This document shows positions 30,381-41,484 of a stretch of 64,000 nucleotides of DNA, one piece after another. How positions within the stretch are numbered: the stretch's first letter is position 1; the number at the start of each line of letters is the position of its first letter. The translations under genes were made by a program, and so were the position numbers. The DNA is taken from assembly GCA_963665235.2 (NCBI GenBank), contig CAXXLX010000001.1, forward strand, positions 2,528,001-2,592,000, written 5' to 3'. The notes beneath the pieces were generated by a model, which was not told the DNA's origin, made no database searches, and was given only the letters and a program-made list of their open reading frames with translations. The DNA comes from Candidatus Poribacteria bacterium. GTDB taxonomy: Bacteria; Poribacteria; WGA-4E; WGA-3G.

Positions 30381-31340
30381 TCACCATTTAATTAAGACAC
30401 CGAGCGTATCCCCGGGGGCGTTCCAGAGCAAATCGAATGCTGCTTTCGCTTCCGTGTAATCGAAGCGGTGTGTAATCATATCAGATGCCCGGATGTCCCC
30501 GTTCTGTATCTTTTGTAACGCGCGCGCAGCGAGCTGTGAACGGGGTTCCGTTGTGAGGATACCCGCGACGAGACGTTTGCTCATCATCTTTGACGAATGT
30601 AGCGGTAGCGGTGCCTGCTGATAGAGTGCGATAAGTTGGATAATTCCGAACTGCCGGACCATATCCTGGGCCTGTTCAAACGATTTGACCCCGGCGTAAC
30701 CGCCGACACAATCTATCACGAGGTCCGCCCCTTTTCCATCGGTAAGGCGACGTACCGCCTGTATCGGGTCTTCCGCTTCAGCGTTTATTGCCATATCCGC
30801 GCCGAGGCGGGTTGACAGTTCACAGCGGAGTGGCAGTGCGTCAACCGTTATAACCTGCTTCGGGTTATAACTACGCATAACTTGCATCATCAAGCTGCCC
30901 ACTAAGCCCTGGCCCAAAACAACGATGGTATCCCCCGCTTTCACCCCGGACGAATCTGCCCAGGCGACTGCACTTGTGGCAAGCGGTAGGAAGGTGCCCT
31001 CCTCAAAAGAGACAGCATCGGAGAGCGGAACGAGGCGACCATCCGTTTCGTTTGGTTCAGCGACGACGTATTGGGCGTGAGGCGCAACCGCCATCACACG
31101 AGTGCCGAGCTCGTAGTTCGTTATATCTGCACCGATTGCATCTACGGTGCCTGTGAGAGAATAGCCCATGATTGATGGCGGGACCGCCTCTTCAAGGATG
31201 TATCGTCGAAAGAGTTCAGAGCCGCGGCTAATTAACGTTGTATCGGTTTTCACGCGAATCTGTTTCGGTGTTATTTCTGGTATCGGTACATCTTCTAATT
31301 GAATATTGCCGAATCCCTCCGGTTTGGTCACCCGTATCAT
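30381..31340 (-). CDS. MDR-family (zinc-binding type) dehydrogenase
   Basis: ISRGSE, MGYS, GQGLVG and ITHRF motifs. Confidence 0.85.
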   Translation of the reverse strand: MIRVTKPEGFGNIQLEDVPIPEITPKQIRVKTDTTLISRGSELFRRYILEEAVPPSIMGYSLTGTVDAIGADITNYELGTRVMAVAPHAQYVVAEPNETDGRLVPLSDAVSFEEGTFLPLATSAVAWADSSGVKAGDTIVVLGQGLVGSLMMQVMRSYNPKQVITVDALPLRCELSTRLGADMAINAEAEDPIQAVRRLTDGKGADLVIDCVGGYAGVKSFEQAQDMVRQFGIIQLIALYQQAPLPLHSSKMMSKRLVAGILTTEPRSQLAARALQKIQNGDIRASDMITHRFDYTEAKAAFDLLWNAPGDTLGVLIKW

Positions 31341-31349
31341 TTTATTCTC

Positions 31350-32696
31350 CTATCTCTGTAAACGTTTGACTAAGTCAGCCCGCGTAACAGGTTTTTCGAA
31401 ATCCATGAGATAAATGTGAAACGACCCATCTCTATCAGAGACATACGCGAGGCTTCTGCTGTCCGGTGAAAACGTCGGTTGAATAGATACGCCGATGTCT
31501 CCGGTGAGTTTGCGTTCATTTTTCCCATCGGCATCGATGAGATAAATCTCCATGTCGCCATCCCTTGCGGAGACATACGCGATTGTTTTTCCATCCGGTG
31601 AGACGGCTGGCATATACGAGTCGTATCGTCCTGGTGTCAACTGCTTTTCGTTTTTTCCTTCTATGTCCATTGTATAGAGTTGATGGGCCTTCCCTCTTGA
31701 GGAGACGAAGGCAATCCGTTTTCCATCGGGAAAAAAGGTGGGGCTGCCGTCGTCGGTTTCGTTAGTGGTGAGTCGTTTTGGTGTGAGCTGTTCTGGCGTG
31801 ACTTTGGACAAATCAATCCGTGTAAAATCAAGCAGATATAATTCTAGGTTACCATCGGCATTTGATTCATAAATCACCTGATTTCCGGTCGGTGATGTGC
31901 GTGGCACGCGTGCGCCGAATTTAATTGGCAGTATTGCGTGCGTTGTTTTTCCGTAAATATGCGTCACGTTAAAACCGGCGAAAATTGGCGTTGACCCACT
32001 ACTCTGGATGACAACCTTAGGCTCTCGCATGGCTTTCGGTTCACTGCTATAAAAGAGATAATGAGGGTCTGTGAGAAAAGCGGGTGAACTGTCGTTGAAA
32101 TCGGACGTGAACGTTACACGTTGCTGTATCTGTCCGTTCACATCCATCAAATAGATTTCTGCGCTGTCTGTCCGTACTGACGAGAAGGCGATGTAGGTGC
32201 CTGATGGCGAAAAGGTCGGTGCATAGTTATCCGAGTTGCCGGTTGTCAGCTGCTTTGTGTGGTAAACATCCCCGACCAATGCTGTGATGTTTCGGACTAC
32301 AGCGGTGTCAGTTGTCCCTTGCAGGACTCTCCGCAGTACACGAAAAGCGGAATCCCTATCACCGAATTTGAGATACGTCCGTGCTAGTTCGAACCGGACG
32401 GCGGTCTGTTTTTCAGGGTCAGTGTCGTAAAGTTGACTTGCCTTTCGGAATTGGGCAGCGGCATCGGTACTTCGTCCCAACTCACTGTAGGCTTGCCCTA
32501 ACAATTCAAACACTTTTGGATTGTCGGCGTGCGTCTCAAGGAGCGGTTCCAGCAAACTTACTGCATGCTGCGGTGTTCCGGCTTGTAGGAGCTTTTCGCT
32601 TTCTCTGAGTGCCACCGGTTCACGTTGACAACTGAAACTTAAAAGGCAGAGAAGCATCGTAATACTGATAAGAGAGCGGAGATGGAAAACAGTCAT
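31350..32696 (-). CDS. Lipoprotein with TPR and PD40 repeats
   Basis: Lipobox LSFSC, TPR helices and repeated P.FSPDG motifs. Start moved to ATG 32696. Confidence 0.82.
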   Translation of the reverse strand: MTVFHLRSLISITMLLCLLSFSCQREPVALRESEKLLQAGTPQHAVSLLEPLLETHADNPKVFELLGQAYSELGRSTDAAAQFRKASQLYDTDPEKQTAVRFELARTYLKFGDRDSAFRVLRRVLQGTTDTAVVRNITALVGDVYHTKQLTTGNSDNYAPTFSPSGTYIAFSSVRTDSAEIYLMDVNGQIQQRVTFTSDFNDSSPAFLTDPHYLFYSSEPKAMREPKVVIQSSGSTPIFAGFNVTHIYGKTTHAILPIKFGARVPRTSPTGNQVIYESNADGNLELYLLDFTRIDLSKVTPEQLTPKRLTTNETDDGSPTFFPDGKRIAFVSSRGKAHQLYTMDIEGKNEKQLTPGRYDSYMPAVSPDGKTIAYVSARDGDMEIYLIDADGKNERKLTGDIGVSIQPTFSPDSRSLAYVSDRDGSFHIYLMDFEKPVTRADLVKRLQR

Positions 32697-32743
32697 AAAG
32701 AATTTAAAAATCCGTTTGTGTATATGTCTTGTGCCAAATTTCT

Positions 32744-33169
32744 CTACTGCTGCACCTTTTTGGTGCCCCGGATACCGCGCCATCCATCATAGACAGCATA
32801 CACCCAGCAGAGCACAGCTTGAATAAGCGAGCTGATTTTCAGCTTCCAAGATGGATGGAACGCTAACGTTTTACCGTTGTCAAACGTCCAAAGCAGATAG
32901 GTTATCCTTTCCGGCTCGGAATCTCCTGTCCCTGTTGTTGATACCGCCTCCCCATGGCGACGGAAAAGTAGCAAATCGCTCCAATTTTCCAACGGAAGCG
33001 AATTTACGACGAAAATGAAAATTGCAGAAACAACCCCCAACAGAATAAAAAAGGCTTTCGCATATTGATTCAGATATATCTGACCAACTCCGGGCAGTAT
33101 CGCTGAAAGTACCATCGCAAGATAGGAACGTTTCACAGGTGCCGTTTCTTCCATTGCCGTTTCTTCCAT
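32744..33169 (-). CDS. Small membrane protein
   Basis: LSAILPGVGQIY motif. RBS AAGGAG before ATG 33169. Confidence 0.7.
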   Translation of the reverse strand: MEETAMEETAPVKRSYLAMVLSAILPGVGQIYLNQYAKAFFILLGVVSAIFIFVVNSLPLENWSDLLLFRRHGEAVSTTGTGDSEPERITYLLWTFDNGKTLAFHPSWKLKISSLIQAVLCWVYAVYDGWRGIRGTKKVQQ

Positions 33170-33173
33170 ATTC

Positions 33174-33539
33174 CTATTCTCCTTGCGCGACGAGATAGAC
33201 ACCGATACAGATAATAATTGCACCAATGATGCGAACCTTGGGAATAGATTCTTTGAAAAACAGCCACGAAAATGGTATTGCTAGGACATACCCGAGACTC
33301 AACATTGGATAAGCGATACTGAGCTTGATCCGTGAAAGAATAACCAACCAGACAAGTGTTGTAAAACCGTAGATAGAGATGCCACCTATAACATAAGGGT
33401 TCAAGCATACCTGCGTAAGTTTCGGCAGCAGCTCCCGAAAGCTGTCGATACGTCCGACCGTGCTAGCACCATGTTTTAGCAAAATCTGTCCCATTACCGT
33501 CAATAAAACATTGAAAATTAGTAATAAAAAATCCTTCAT
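33174..33539 (-). CDS. EamA/SMR (ArnE/F-like) small transporter
   Basis: GQILLK, LSIAYP and FFKE motifs with four TMs. Confidence 0.82.
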   Translation of the reverse strand: MKDFLLLIFNVLLTVMGQILLKHGASTVGRIDSFRELLPKLTQVCLNPYVIGGISIYGFTTLVWLVILSRIKLSIAYPMLSLGYVLAIPFSWLFFKESIPKVRIIGAIIICIGVYLVAQGE

Positions 33540-33661
33540 GACATTATTATACCACATCTGAACGGTTTTTGCAATTTTTATGAAAAAATGGGTATCTATA
33601 AATTTTTGTTGCTTTTTCTTCAAGAAATCGTTAAAATCCTTAAGAGATAAGGAGGAGAGCA

Positions 33662-34450
33662 ATGAGCGAACTTACACGCGAAGATATTGAATTTTTCAAA
33701 AATGAAGGGTATCTGGTGAAGCGGAATGTCCTAAATTCGGAACTGATGGAACGCGCAAGAACACGATTGTGGGACGGCGCACCTGATGGAAGACTCCGCG
33801 AAAATCCTGATACATGGATTGGGCCCTTTAAACCGGAAGAAGAGAACGAAGACAATTCAAATAGGCGTAAAGGGTTCCGATGGAACTTCCGGGAACCCGG
33901 AGGCGAAGAATGGATGGTCAAACTGCTCGCTACCGACCCGAACGTCTGGCGGATGGCGGAGCAGTTCCTGGGCGAGGGAAATTTAGTGGAACCCAAGGGT
34001 GTACGCGGCATCTACTGCACGTTACCGTACGGAGATGTCCCGAAAAAGTCCATCGGATGTCACGTCGACGCGCATCCGTTTCACCTCGGGGTGGTTGGGT
34101 ATATTGACGATGTGCCACAAGAGGGGGGTGGGTTTACCGTTTGGCCGGGAAGCCACAAAACCTTCTATTACGACTACAAATCGCAATATAAGAACGAACC
34201 GACCCCACAGTACGATATAGATAGGGAACGTATCAGCAGAGAGCCGGGCGTTGAATGCTACGGTAATGCGGGGGATATTGTCTTCTGGCATCATCGCATC
34301 GGGCATGCTGCTGGACATAACTATTCACGCCATCGGCAAGCGGTCTTGTACGATTTTCGGAAGACAGAGCTCTCAGAAACACAAGAGGAGCCGCCGAATG
34401 AGGATATGTGGCGGGATTGGCCGGGCATAAAGGCGTTAGAGAACGCGTGA
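33662..34450 (+). CDS. Phytanoyl-CoA dioxygenase family protein
   Basis: FFKNEGYL, HVD, VWPGSH and GDIVFWH...H motifs. Confidence 0.88.
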   Translation: MSELTREDIEFFKNEGYLVKRNVLNSELMERARTRLWDGAPDGRLRENPDTWIGPFKPEEENEDNSNRRKGFRWNFREPGGEEWMVKLLATDPNVWRMAEQFLGEGNLVEPKGVRGIYCTLPYGDVPKKSIGCHVDAHPFHLGVVGYIDDVPQEGGGFTVWPGSHKTFYYDYKSQYKNEPTPQYDIDRERISREPGVECYGNAGDIVFWHHRIGHAAGHNYSRHRQAVLYDFRKTELSETQEEPPNEDMWRDWPGIKALENA

Positions 34451-34490
34451 AGGAGAGGAGGGGTGAGAAAATAGAAACCTTATCCTTCCT

Positions 34491-35312
34491 TTACCTTAGT
34501 CCTAACTCCTTCAACGTGTGTGCCATCATATCATAAGCGATTTGTGCCTTCTCCATCCGCATGTGCGGAAAGGTTTCTACAGAGATATATTTATCGTAGT
34601 TGACTTTCCCCAAACTCTCAGCGAAGGTGCGAAAATCTAACTCGTCTCCCACCTCACCGGGAATTAGGAACGTGCTGTACGGATACATTCCTTTCACCCC
34701 TTTGACGTGGCAGTGTGCGGTAACCTGCCCTAATTTTTCGGTAACCTCAGCGATGTCCTCTCCAAGGTGATAGAAGTTCGTGATGTCGTTAAGAGCTTTT
34801 AGCGCATCGGACGCGACGTGCGCGATGAGTAGGGTGACCTTAGACGATGAATCGATCGTTGTTGCCTCGTGGTTGTGAATGTTCATTGTAATGCCGAGGC
34901 CTTCAGCACGGCGGCAGATAGGTTTTAGCACATCAACGAGAAGTCGCCAGGCGAATGCGTCCCCTTTGTCGCCGCCGTAACCAGTGAGGAAATTAACACC
35001 GTTTGCTCCAAGGGCTACCGCTACGTCCTGAAGGAGGGAGTAGTGGTCTATCGCCTCCTGTTTGTTCGCTAATGCCAATTGATATAAACCCTTGCCGGTA
35101 AATGGATTGATGACAGAGACCTTTAGACCGTGGTCACTTGTCATTTTTTTCACCTCTTTGAGCAGGTTGTCCGTGATTTCACCGGAGGGGATGTGTGCCT
35201 CCGGCCCGCACATCATCTCAATTGCATCGTAGCCGACTTCGGAGAGGATAGAGATAACTTCGTGAAGTGGGCGGTCTTTCATGCCGCCTGCATGATAGGA
35301 TATGCCGAGCAT
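34491..35312 (-). CDS. Sugar phosphate isomerase/epimerase
   Basis: GYDAIE, IHNH, HCHVK and ISVE motifs. Confidence 0.85.
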   Translation of the reverse strand: MLGISYHAGGMKDRPLHEVISILSEVGYDAIEMMCGPEAHIPSGEITDNLLKEVKKMTSDHGLKVSVINPFTGKGLYQLALANKQEAIDHYSLLQDVAVALGANGVNFLTGYGGDKGDAFAWRLLVDVLKPICRRAEGLGITMNIHNHEATTIDSSSKVTLLIAHVASDALKALNDITNFYHLGEDIAEVTEKLGQVTAHCHVKGVKGMYPYSTFLIPGEVGDELDFRTFAESLGKVNYDKYISVETFPHMRMEKAQIAYDMMAHTLKELGLR

Positions 35313-35326
35313 AAAGATTTTCCTTT

Positions 35327-35361
35327 ATTGACTGATTGACTGATTGACTGATTGACTGATT
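35327..35361. repeat. 8-bp tandem repeat (ATTGACTG) x4
   Basis: Visible in the short intergenic gap. Confidence 0.85.
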
Positions 35362-36817
35362 ACTGGAACGCCTGACTCGCTGTGATGTATGCCTTCAGAT
35401 GTTTCAGTGCACTGCCGTTGTCCATCGCTGATTGGGCACGCTTGATTGCATCCTCTGGGTCGGGACAGAGCCCTAACAGATAATCTACCATAGCCGTGTT
35501 GAGGAGAATTCTGTCGTAGATATGTCCTTTCTGTCCAGAAAGTGCGGCTACACCTACTTCCGCGAAGGCGTTTGCGTTTACGGTGTCGGGACGCGGGTTT
35601 TGTGTATAATTAAATCCGTAGGCTTTCGGCTCAATGTCCAAAGCGAATTCCTCTCGGTGACCATTGACGCGGCGGAACCCTTGCGAATAGTTTACCGCCA
35701 TCCTGTCGCTTGTAGAGGGTTTGCCGAGGCGGAGCGCGTAATGGCTTGTGCCCTCTTCTCCCTTAACAGCAACTGCGCCCTGAAATCCACGCTCCCACGC
35801 CAATTGGAGCAGCGGTTTTTCGTAACCGATATGGTAGTAGCCTAACACCATGTAGTTCGCTTCACGTGCTGAGAAGAATTGTTGTGCCTTCTCGGTGGCC
35901 GCCCACGGCGGACGTTTCTTGATATGCACCCGCAACTCCCGTATCCCGTATGCCCCTGGCGAATACTCCCGCTGACTAATATAACCAAAGCCGACTGTGC
36001 TGTTTGAAATAAGCGTGGCTGTCTGTTCCAGAGAGAGGTCGGTTTTTGCCCCAAGGGCTTGCAAGATAGATTCTTCGGTTACGCCATTTTTCGGGGGCAT
36101 TGCGTCAACGCTGTGAAGGAGCGATGCCTCGCCAAGTGCCGCGCGGACTGCCGCTACAAAGAGGGTCGGCCGAAAATAGCGTGTTGCACCATCGTAGGGT
36201 TGACCGAAATGGGTGAGTGTCCCAACATCAATTGGGCGGACCTGCTCCGGTGCAAAAAAGGCATCGAGGTATCCGCGCACCTCTTGATATGTCTCGCGAT
36301 TCATTCGCTGCCCAATAAGCGCGGCCCCTTTGAGCGCAGGTTTGACATCCTCGCTGAGGATAGCTGTGCACATCTGACAGGTTTCCGCATAGCTTAAATG
36401 TTTTCCCCTCAAAATCTTTTCCAGTGCGGTGACAACAATCGCCTCTGTCGGGTTTGTCGGGATGTACCCGTGCTCGGGTGTCATCAGAAATTGGAGCTCT
36501 GCTGGAAGCTGCTGCTGAAGTGCCGACTGATATTTATGAAAAGCGGCTTTTTCTGCTGGGCTCCACTGCGTTGCCTCTGGGAAATATTTTCGGAGCGTCA
36601 TCGCAGCGAAAAACGCTCCCATCTGTGCTGCTGAGACCGTCTCTGTTTTTGTCAAATTACCCGCCGCAGATTTCAAAATGGTCTCAAGGATTGCGTCAGG
36701 CTGTGGTCCGTCGGACGGTTTTTTTCCTAACGGACGGGTTTGATGTGGCCCGGTGCAAACACGTGCCTGTGCCTCAAGCACATCGGGATTAGGCCCTGGA
36801 TATTGTGGTGTATACAT
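35360..36817 (-). CDS. Anthranilate phosphoribosyltransferase-like (YbiB/TrpD2-type) protein with duplicated N-terminal helical domain
   Basis: AQMGAFFAAM, PYDG, MPPKNGVT, KRPPWAATEK and VKGEEG motifs. Confidence 0.75.
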   Translation of the reverse strand: MYTPQYPGPNPDVLEAQARVCTGPHQTRPLGKKPSDGPQPDAILETILKSAAGNLTKTETVSAAQMGAFFAAMTLRKYFPEATQWSPAEKAAFHKYQSALQQQLPAELQFLMTPEHGYIPTNPTEAIVVTALEKILRGKHLSYAETCQMCTAILSEDVKPALKGAALIGQRMNRETYQEVRGYLDAFFAPEQVRPIDVGTLTHFGQPYDGATRYFRPTLFVAAVRAALGEASLLHSVDAMPPKNGVTEESILQALGAKTDLSLEQTATLISNSTVGFGYISQREYSPGAYGIRELRVHIKKRPPWAATEKAQQFFSAREANYMVLGYYHIGYEKPLLQLAWERGFQGAVAVKGEEGTSHYALRLGKPSTSDRMAVNYSQGFRRVNGHREEFALDIEPKAYGFNYTQNPRPDTVNANAFAEVGVAALSGQKGHIYDRILLNTAMVDYLLGLCPDPEDAIKRAQSAMDNGSALKHLKAYITASQAFQ

Positions 36818-36918
36818 TTTTTCATCTCTCTGTTTTATTGGCTATTGCGTTAATTGAGTATACCACAACCTGATGTTTGCTGTCAAATCTGATTGAGTGT
36901 GTAAAGTTTTTGTACAAG

Positions 36919-37424
36919 TAGGACTTACGCATTTCCCTCCGCTCCTCTACTAGCGGGATATCGGTATTAGTCCCAGTATTCGGGCAAACAGCCCGCTCTT
37001 CAAGGACGATATCTTTATAGAAGCACAAAACGCCCACCCCCTCTTAGTCCCAGTATTCGGGCAAGCAGCCCGCTCTTCAAGGACGATATCTTTATAGAAT
37101 GAAAAAAATGTTGTGGATTATTACCAATTATTGCCCGTCGCAGCCCTGATTCTAGGAGAAAAACGCATCGCGCATCACAACCCTATACACGTGAGCTTGA
37201 TAATAAATATCCGTTTTCTCTAAACATTTTTGAGGTTCTCCGAAAAAAGTGGAATGATTCTATAAAGATATCGTCCCTACGGGACTAAGAGGTGGGATGG
37301 AAACGGCTGCTTCTATAAAGATATCGTCCCTACGGGACTAAGAGGCGGGGAACCTTTTGTCCAGTATTCGGGCACACAGTCCGCTCCTCATACTGGGTCA
37401 AAACTTTTTTCAAACTCACGTTAC
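36919..37424. repeat. Cluster of REP-like elements
   Basis: CCAGTATTCGGGCA...CCGCTC x3 and TTCTATAAAGATATCGTCCCTACGGGACTAAGAGG x2. Confidence 0.75.
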
Positions 37425-37728
37425 TTATAAGTTTTTAGACCTGGAAACGTTGTCTTTAATGAAAATATGCTGATAATTAGGTAATATTTGTAGCGTTCAC
37501 TTCCAATTTGCACACAAATATGCACAATCTGGAAGATTATGCTACTATGTAGCAACTTAGGTTATCTTAACCCAAGTTGCTACCTATAAGGTTTTAGACA
37601 TAAAGGTGCTTGTTTTTAGTGAAAAATGCTGAGAATGAGTCTATATTTTGTAGCGCAAACTTTCAGTTTGCACGCTTATGGAAGACCCAAACTAGAAAGT
37701 TTGTGCTACTATGTGGCAACTTAGGTTA
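37425..37728. mobile_element. Two tandem MITE E1 copies (first is 5'-truncated)
   Basis: The second copy (37568-37728) has TIRs TAACCCAAGTTGCTAC / GTGGCAACTTAGGTTA and is flanked by TCT on both sides. Confidence 0.8.
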
Positions 37729-37818
37729 TCTTATGGAAAATTGCACTTGACAAAAATCGTTGTATGCGTTAAAGTGTTACAAATTCTCGTATCAGTAGAA
37801 ATTTGTGGAGGAGAAAAG

Positions 37819-39078
37819 ATGTCAGCACGTTTAGCAGTAGATGGTGGCACACCCGTTATAACAGAATCCATTCCGGGCGGGATGCACGGGCCCAGCATGG
37901 TAGACGACCGCGAAATTGATGCGGTGTCAGAGGTTTTACGCAGCGGTAAACTCTTTAGATTCGTTGAAAATTCAAATGTAGCCGCCTTTGAGAAAGAAGC
38001 AGCGGCACGACTCGGTGTCGAACACGCCTTGATGGTAAACTCCGGCACCTCGGCACTTATCTGTGCCCTCACTGGGGTCGGTATAGGTCCCGGGGATGAG
38101 GTGATTTTACCGGGGTACACCTTTATCGCGACAGCCGCAGCTATCGTTGGAGTCGGGGCGATTCCGGTAATCGCGGAAATTGACGATTCACTTGGGCTCG
38201 ACCCAGCAGATGTGGAGCGGAAGATTACACCGCATACCAAAGCGATTTTGCCGGTTCACATGCAAGGGGTACCATGCAGACTTGACGCAATTTTAGCACT
38301 TGCACGAAAGCACAATCTTAAGGTCGTTGAGGATTGCTGTCAGTGTGTCGGCGGACAGTATAAGGGGAAATATACCGGCACCTGGGGCGATGCAGGCGCG
38401 TGGAGCCTCAACTACTACAAGGTGATTACATGCGGTGAAGGCGGCCTAGTGTATTCCAATGATTACGATACCTATGAACGCGCCGCTTTTGCGTCTGAAC
38501 CCGGTTTACCGATGTGGATGAGCGATGCCGAATGGCAAAACAAACCGTTCTCTTGTCAGTGCTATCGGCCCAGCGAAATATTAGGGGCCATTGCACGCGT
38601 GCAGTTGTCAAAGTTGGATGACATCTTAGGACATACGCGGCGGCTCAAGAAGACATTTATCGCTGAACTCGCGGATGACCCGAAGGGATATATCCGACAG
38701 CACGTAGATGATCCGAGTGGCGAATGCGGTATCAGTGCCGCCATTATCGTACGCGACAATGCACTCGCCCAAAAATACGCGGATGCACTCAGGGCAGAAG
38801 GGCTGGGGGCTGGCACCGCTTACAACGAGGGGTTTCCAGACAGGCATATTTATACCTATTGGGACTCTATCCTGTTTAAACATTCACCGACCGAGGCGGG
38901 TTATCCGTGGAACGATGCGCGATATAAAGGGGATATAGAATATTCACGAGATATGTGCCCGGAGACGCTGTCCATTCTCGGACGAGCATTGCGGTTCGGT
39001 TTCAACGTGAATATGCAGGAGGAGCATGCGAGGTTAATGGCAGCAGCGATTAACAAAGTTGACGATGCCCTAGGGTAA
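37819..39078 (+). CDS. DegT/DnrJ/EryC1/StrS aminotransferase
   Basis: NSGTSAL, EDCCQ and SLNYYKVITCGEGG motifs. RBS GGAGGAG before ATG 37819. Confidence 0.92.
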   Translation: MSARLAVDGGTPVITESIPGGMHGPSMVDDREIDAVSEVLRSGKLFRFVENSNVAAFEKEAAARLGVEHALMVNSGTSALICALTGVGIGPGDEVILPGYTFIATAAAIVGVGAIPVIAEIDDSLGLDPADVERKITPHTKAILPVHMQGVPCRLDAILALARKHNLKVVEDCCQCVGGQYKGKYTGTWGDAGAWSLNYYKVITCGEGGLVYSNDYDTYERAAFASEPGLPMWMSDAEWQNKPFSCQCYRPSEILGAIARVQLSKLDDILGHTRRLKKTFIAELADDPKGYIRQHVDDPSGECGISAAIIVRDNALAQKYADALRAEGLGAGTAYNEGFPDRHIYTYWDSILFKHSPTEAGYPWNDARYKGDIEYSRDMCPETLSILGRALRFGFNVNMQEEHARLMAAAINKVDDALG

Positions 39079-39121
39079 AGCGGTAGGCACGTCCTGCTGT
39101 GCCGCAGCAATAGAGGAAGCT

Positions 39122-39919
39122 TTGATGAAGATTACGATTTTGGGTTCGGGCACCTCGACCGGTGTTCCGGAGTATAAGTGTGAGTGCGACACCTGTGAGG
39201 ATGCGATGCAGGTAGGTTCAAAGAACTATCGCACCCGTTCGTCAGTTCATATTGAGAAGGATGGAAAACACTTGCAATTCGATCTCGGTCCCAATTTCAT
39301 GGATCAGATAAATCGGAATCGGATTGAATGGATAGATGCTGTTATTTTTACGCACTGCCACGCCGACCATGTCAGTGGGACGAACGATATCGTGATGCCG
39401 TGTCGGAAACAGCGGATGGATATGCCAATCTACGGGCCTGAACAGACGCTCCAAATTTTGCAACGGAACTTTGATTATATGTTTACTAAAGAGACGTTCC
39501 AGGGGGGTGGGGTCGGGCATCTACTTCCGCACGTCGTTTCGGAGCGGTTTGAGCTGCTCGGTTTTGACATTACACCGATTCCGGTTGAGCACGGTAACGT
39601 TGACACTTACGGCTATCGGATTGACGATTTTGGGTATGTGCCGGATGTGAAGCGGTTGCCGGAAACCTCACAAGCTCTACTTGAGGGGGTTGAGGTGTTG
39701 GTTATTGATGCGTTGAGTTTCAATCCGGGGCATCCGACGCATCAATCGGTCGGTCAGGCTTTGGAGATTAGCGAGGCTTTACAACCAAGGGAAACGTATT
39801 TTACACATATTATGCATCGGCTCGATCATCGGTATTTTCGGGAGCAGTGCAAGGAGCAGCAGATTGAACTCCCTGACAACGCTGATCTCGCTTACGATGG
39901 GCAGGTGATTACTATTTAG
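39122..39919 (+). CDS. PhnP/YycJ-like MBL-fold hydrolase
   Basis: ILGSGTSTGVP, CECDTC, THCHADH and AYDG motifs. Confidence 0.88.
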   Translation: MMKITILGSGTSTGVPEYKCECDTCEDAMQVGSKNYRTRSSVHIEKDGKHLQFDLGPNFMDQINRNRIEWIDAVIFTHCHADHVSGTNDIVMPCRKQRMDMPIYGPEQTLQILQRNFDYMFTKETFQGGGVGHLLPHVVSERFELLGFDITPIPVEHGNVDTYGYRIDDFGYVPDVKRLPETSQALLEGVEVLVIDALSFNPGHPTHQSVGQALEISEALQPRETYFTHIMHRLDHRYFREQCKEQQIELPDNADLAYDGQVITI

Positions 39920-39921
39920 AT

Positions 39922-40122
39922 CTAAAGTAATTGAGATTCCGAGGCGGTTATTTGCTCATAAAATAGATTCGGTAAATTTGCGTGCAAGTCGGCATGTTCG
40001 ATTGTTATGGCAACCGGATTCTCCTCGGAATCTAGGTCTACGTAGATGTTCTCACTGATTTCTTTTGTTTCCGCTATGGGGTATGTTGAGAACTCAATAT
40101 TATCTGCTCCTCGGACCATCAC
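39922..40122 (-). pseudogene. DUF2283 family protein with atypical or replaced N-terminus
   Basis: IEFS..PIAETKEISENIYVDLD.....AITIEHA motif. No clear RBS. Confidence 0.55.
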
Positions 40123-40273
40123 TTTTAGTTCAAACCTTTCACTTAATTTTTAGTTCCTCAAGGAAAGTTTGGAGATCTGAAAAGAACGAAAGTTCTGGGG
40201 TTGCCTGACCGGTGTTTTGCGTGCGGCGGATATTTTGTAGATAACGGTTGCAGTGTGTTTGGAAGCTCATATT

Positions 40274-40933
40274 TTATGGCGCATCTAAAAGTCTTGATGC
40301 GTTGACAGGGAATTGGTATCCATATCGCCTAACTATCAATTCAAGCGTACTCGTAATCCATTTTTCAGCGTGTGGTGATACAATTACCTCGCTATTTTCA
40401 CCAATGAGCGTTTTAACATCAATTTCAAGGGGTTTTCCAAATTCATAAGGGGCATTAATTGATGCAATATCAATAATTGCACGTACTTCCTGTTCGTACT
40501 CAAAAGGTTTTCTCTTATAGAAGTAGGGGTAATACAGGAGACCCTCTACATCTTTAGGGCTCTCAATTTCATTGTGATTGGTAATGTACTTTATCTTACC
40601 GATAAATACATCAGGTTTATCCGGCAAGCTATTCTTCAAGTTTTCCATAGTTGTTTTGATTGCTATACCGCTGTTGCGGAGTTGGTATTTGTCCCACATC
40701 CCCATGGATTCTTCTTCTCCGTGATGCCAACAGCTACACATGATGTATTCACCAAAATTTGAAGCCTGCTCGACTGTACGGATGTATCCTTCAAATTTGT
40801 CGTCGAATTTATCGGCTCTTGTAAAAAATAAGGACCCTGTTTCTAAAATGTTGGCAAACTTCTCAAAACTCATGTACCGCCACACAGTATCTTTATCTTT
40901 GGGTTGTTCGATGCCTTTCAATTCTTTATACAT
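40274..40933 (-). CDS. DUF2971-like protein
   Basis: WRYMSFEKF, FDDKFEG, CSCWH...ESMGMW and KRKPFEYEQEVR motifs. Confidence 0.78.
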   Translation of the reverse strand: MYKELKGIEQPKDKDTVWRYMSFEKFANILETGSLFFTRADKFDDKFEGYIRTVEQASNFGEYIMCSCWHHGEEESMGMWDKYQLRNSGIAIKTTMENLKNSLPDKPDVFIGKIKYITNHNEIESPKDVEGLLYYPYFYKRKPFEYEQEVRAIIDIASINAPYEFGKPLEIDVKTLIGENSEVIVSPHAEKWITSTLELIVRRYGYQFPVNASRLLDAP

Positions 40934-41007
40934 AAAATTCTTCTTTTAAAGTGAATGTGTTAGTCTACTGAAGTGCCAACGCTAATTAGGGCCGAAATTC
41001 CATAAAC

Positions 41008-41484
41008 TTAAGACAAGATTTGTTGTTCAAATTCCATAGGTGTCGAATCTTCTGACGCTGGCGGTATCTTTATAAAATCCGATGAATCATCAATGCCAAA
41101 CGCAGTTTTCTTCTTCGGTTGCCCTTGATTCGATTGCCTTGGAAAGTTTCTGAATGTGTCACGAATTTTCGAGGCTATAGATTCAATAGTTCCGATATCA
41201 AGGGTCACTATATCAGGCTCTTCCTGCTCAGTCCTGACGCTTTTTGACATTATGCCATGGATGAAATTATGAGATCTGAACCACTTATCTACCTCCATCT
41301 CAGGAATTTCAACTTCTAGGACACGCAGCCTAACGAGATATTCATCAGGTTGTAGGGGAAGAGCCTCCTTGAGTGGCATGCTATAGTGTATGTGTTTGAT
41401 TTCGACTAATGACCAATCTATACCAAAAGCTTTTGATTCTTCTTTCAAAACTTCTTCAAATTTCTCCTCAAACTTAACTTCCAT
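41008..41484 (-). CDS. Hypothetical protein
   Basis: 158 aa with strong RBS GGAGGT. Confidence 0.75.
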   Translation of the reverse strand: MEVKFEEKFEEVLKEESKAFGIDWSLVEIKHIHYSMPLKEALPLQPDEYLVRLRVLEVEIPEMEVDKWFRSHNFIHGIMSKSVRTEQEEPDIVTLDIGTIESIASKIRDTFRNFPRQSNQGQPKKKTAFGIDDSSDFIKIPPASEDSTPMEFEQQILS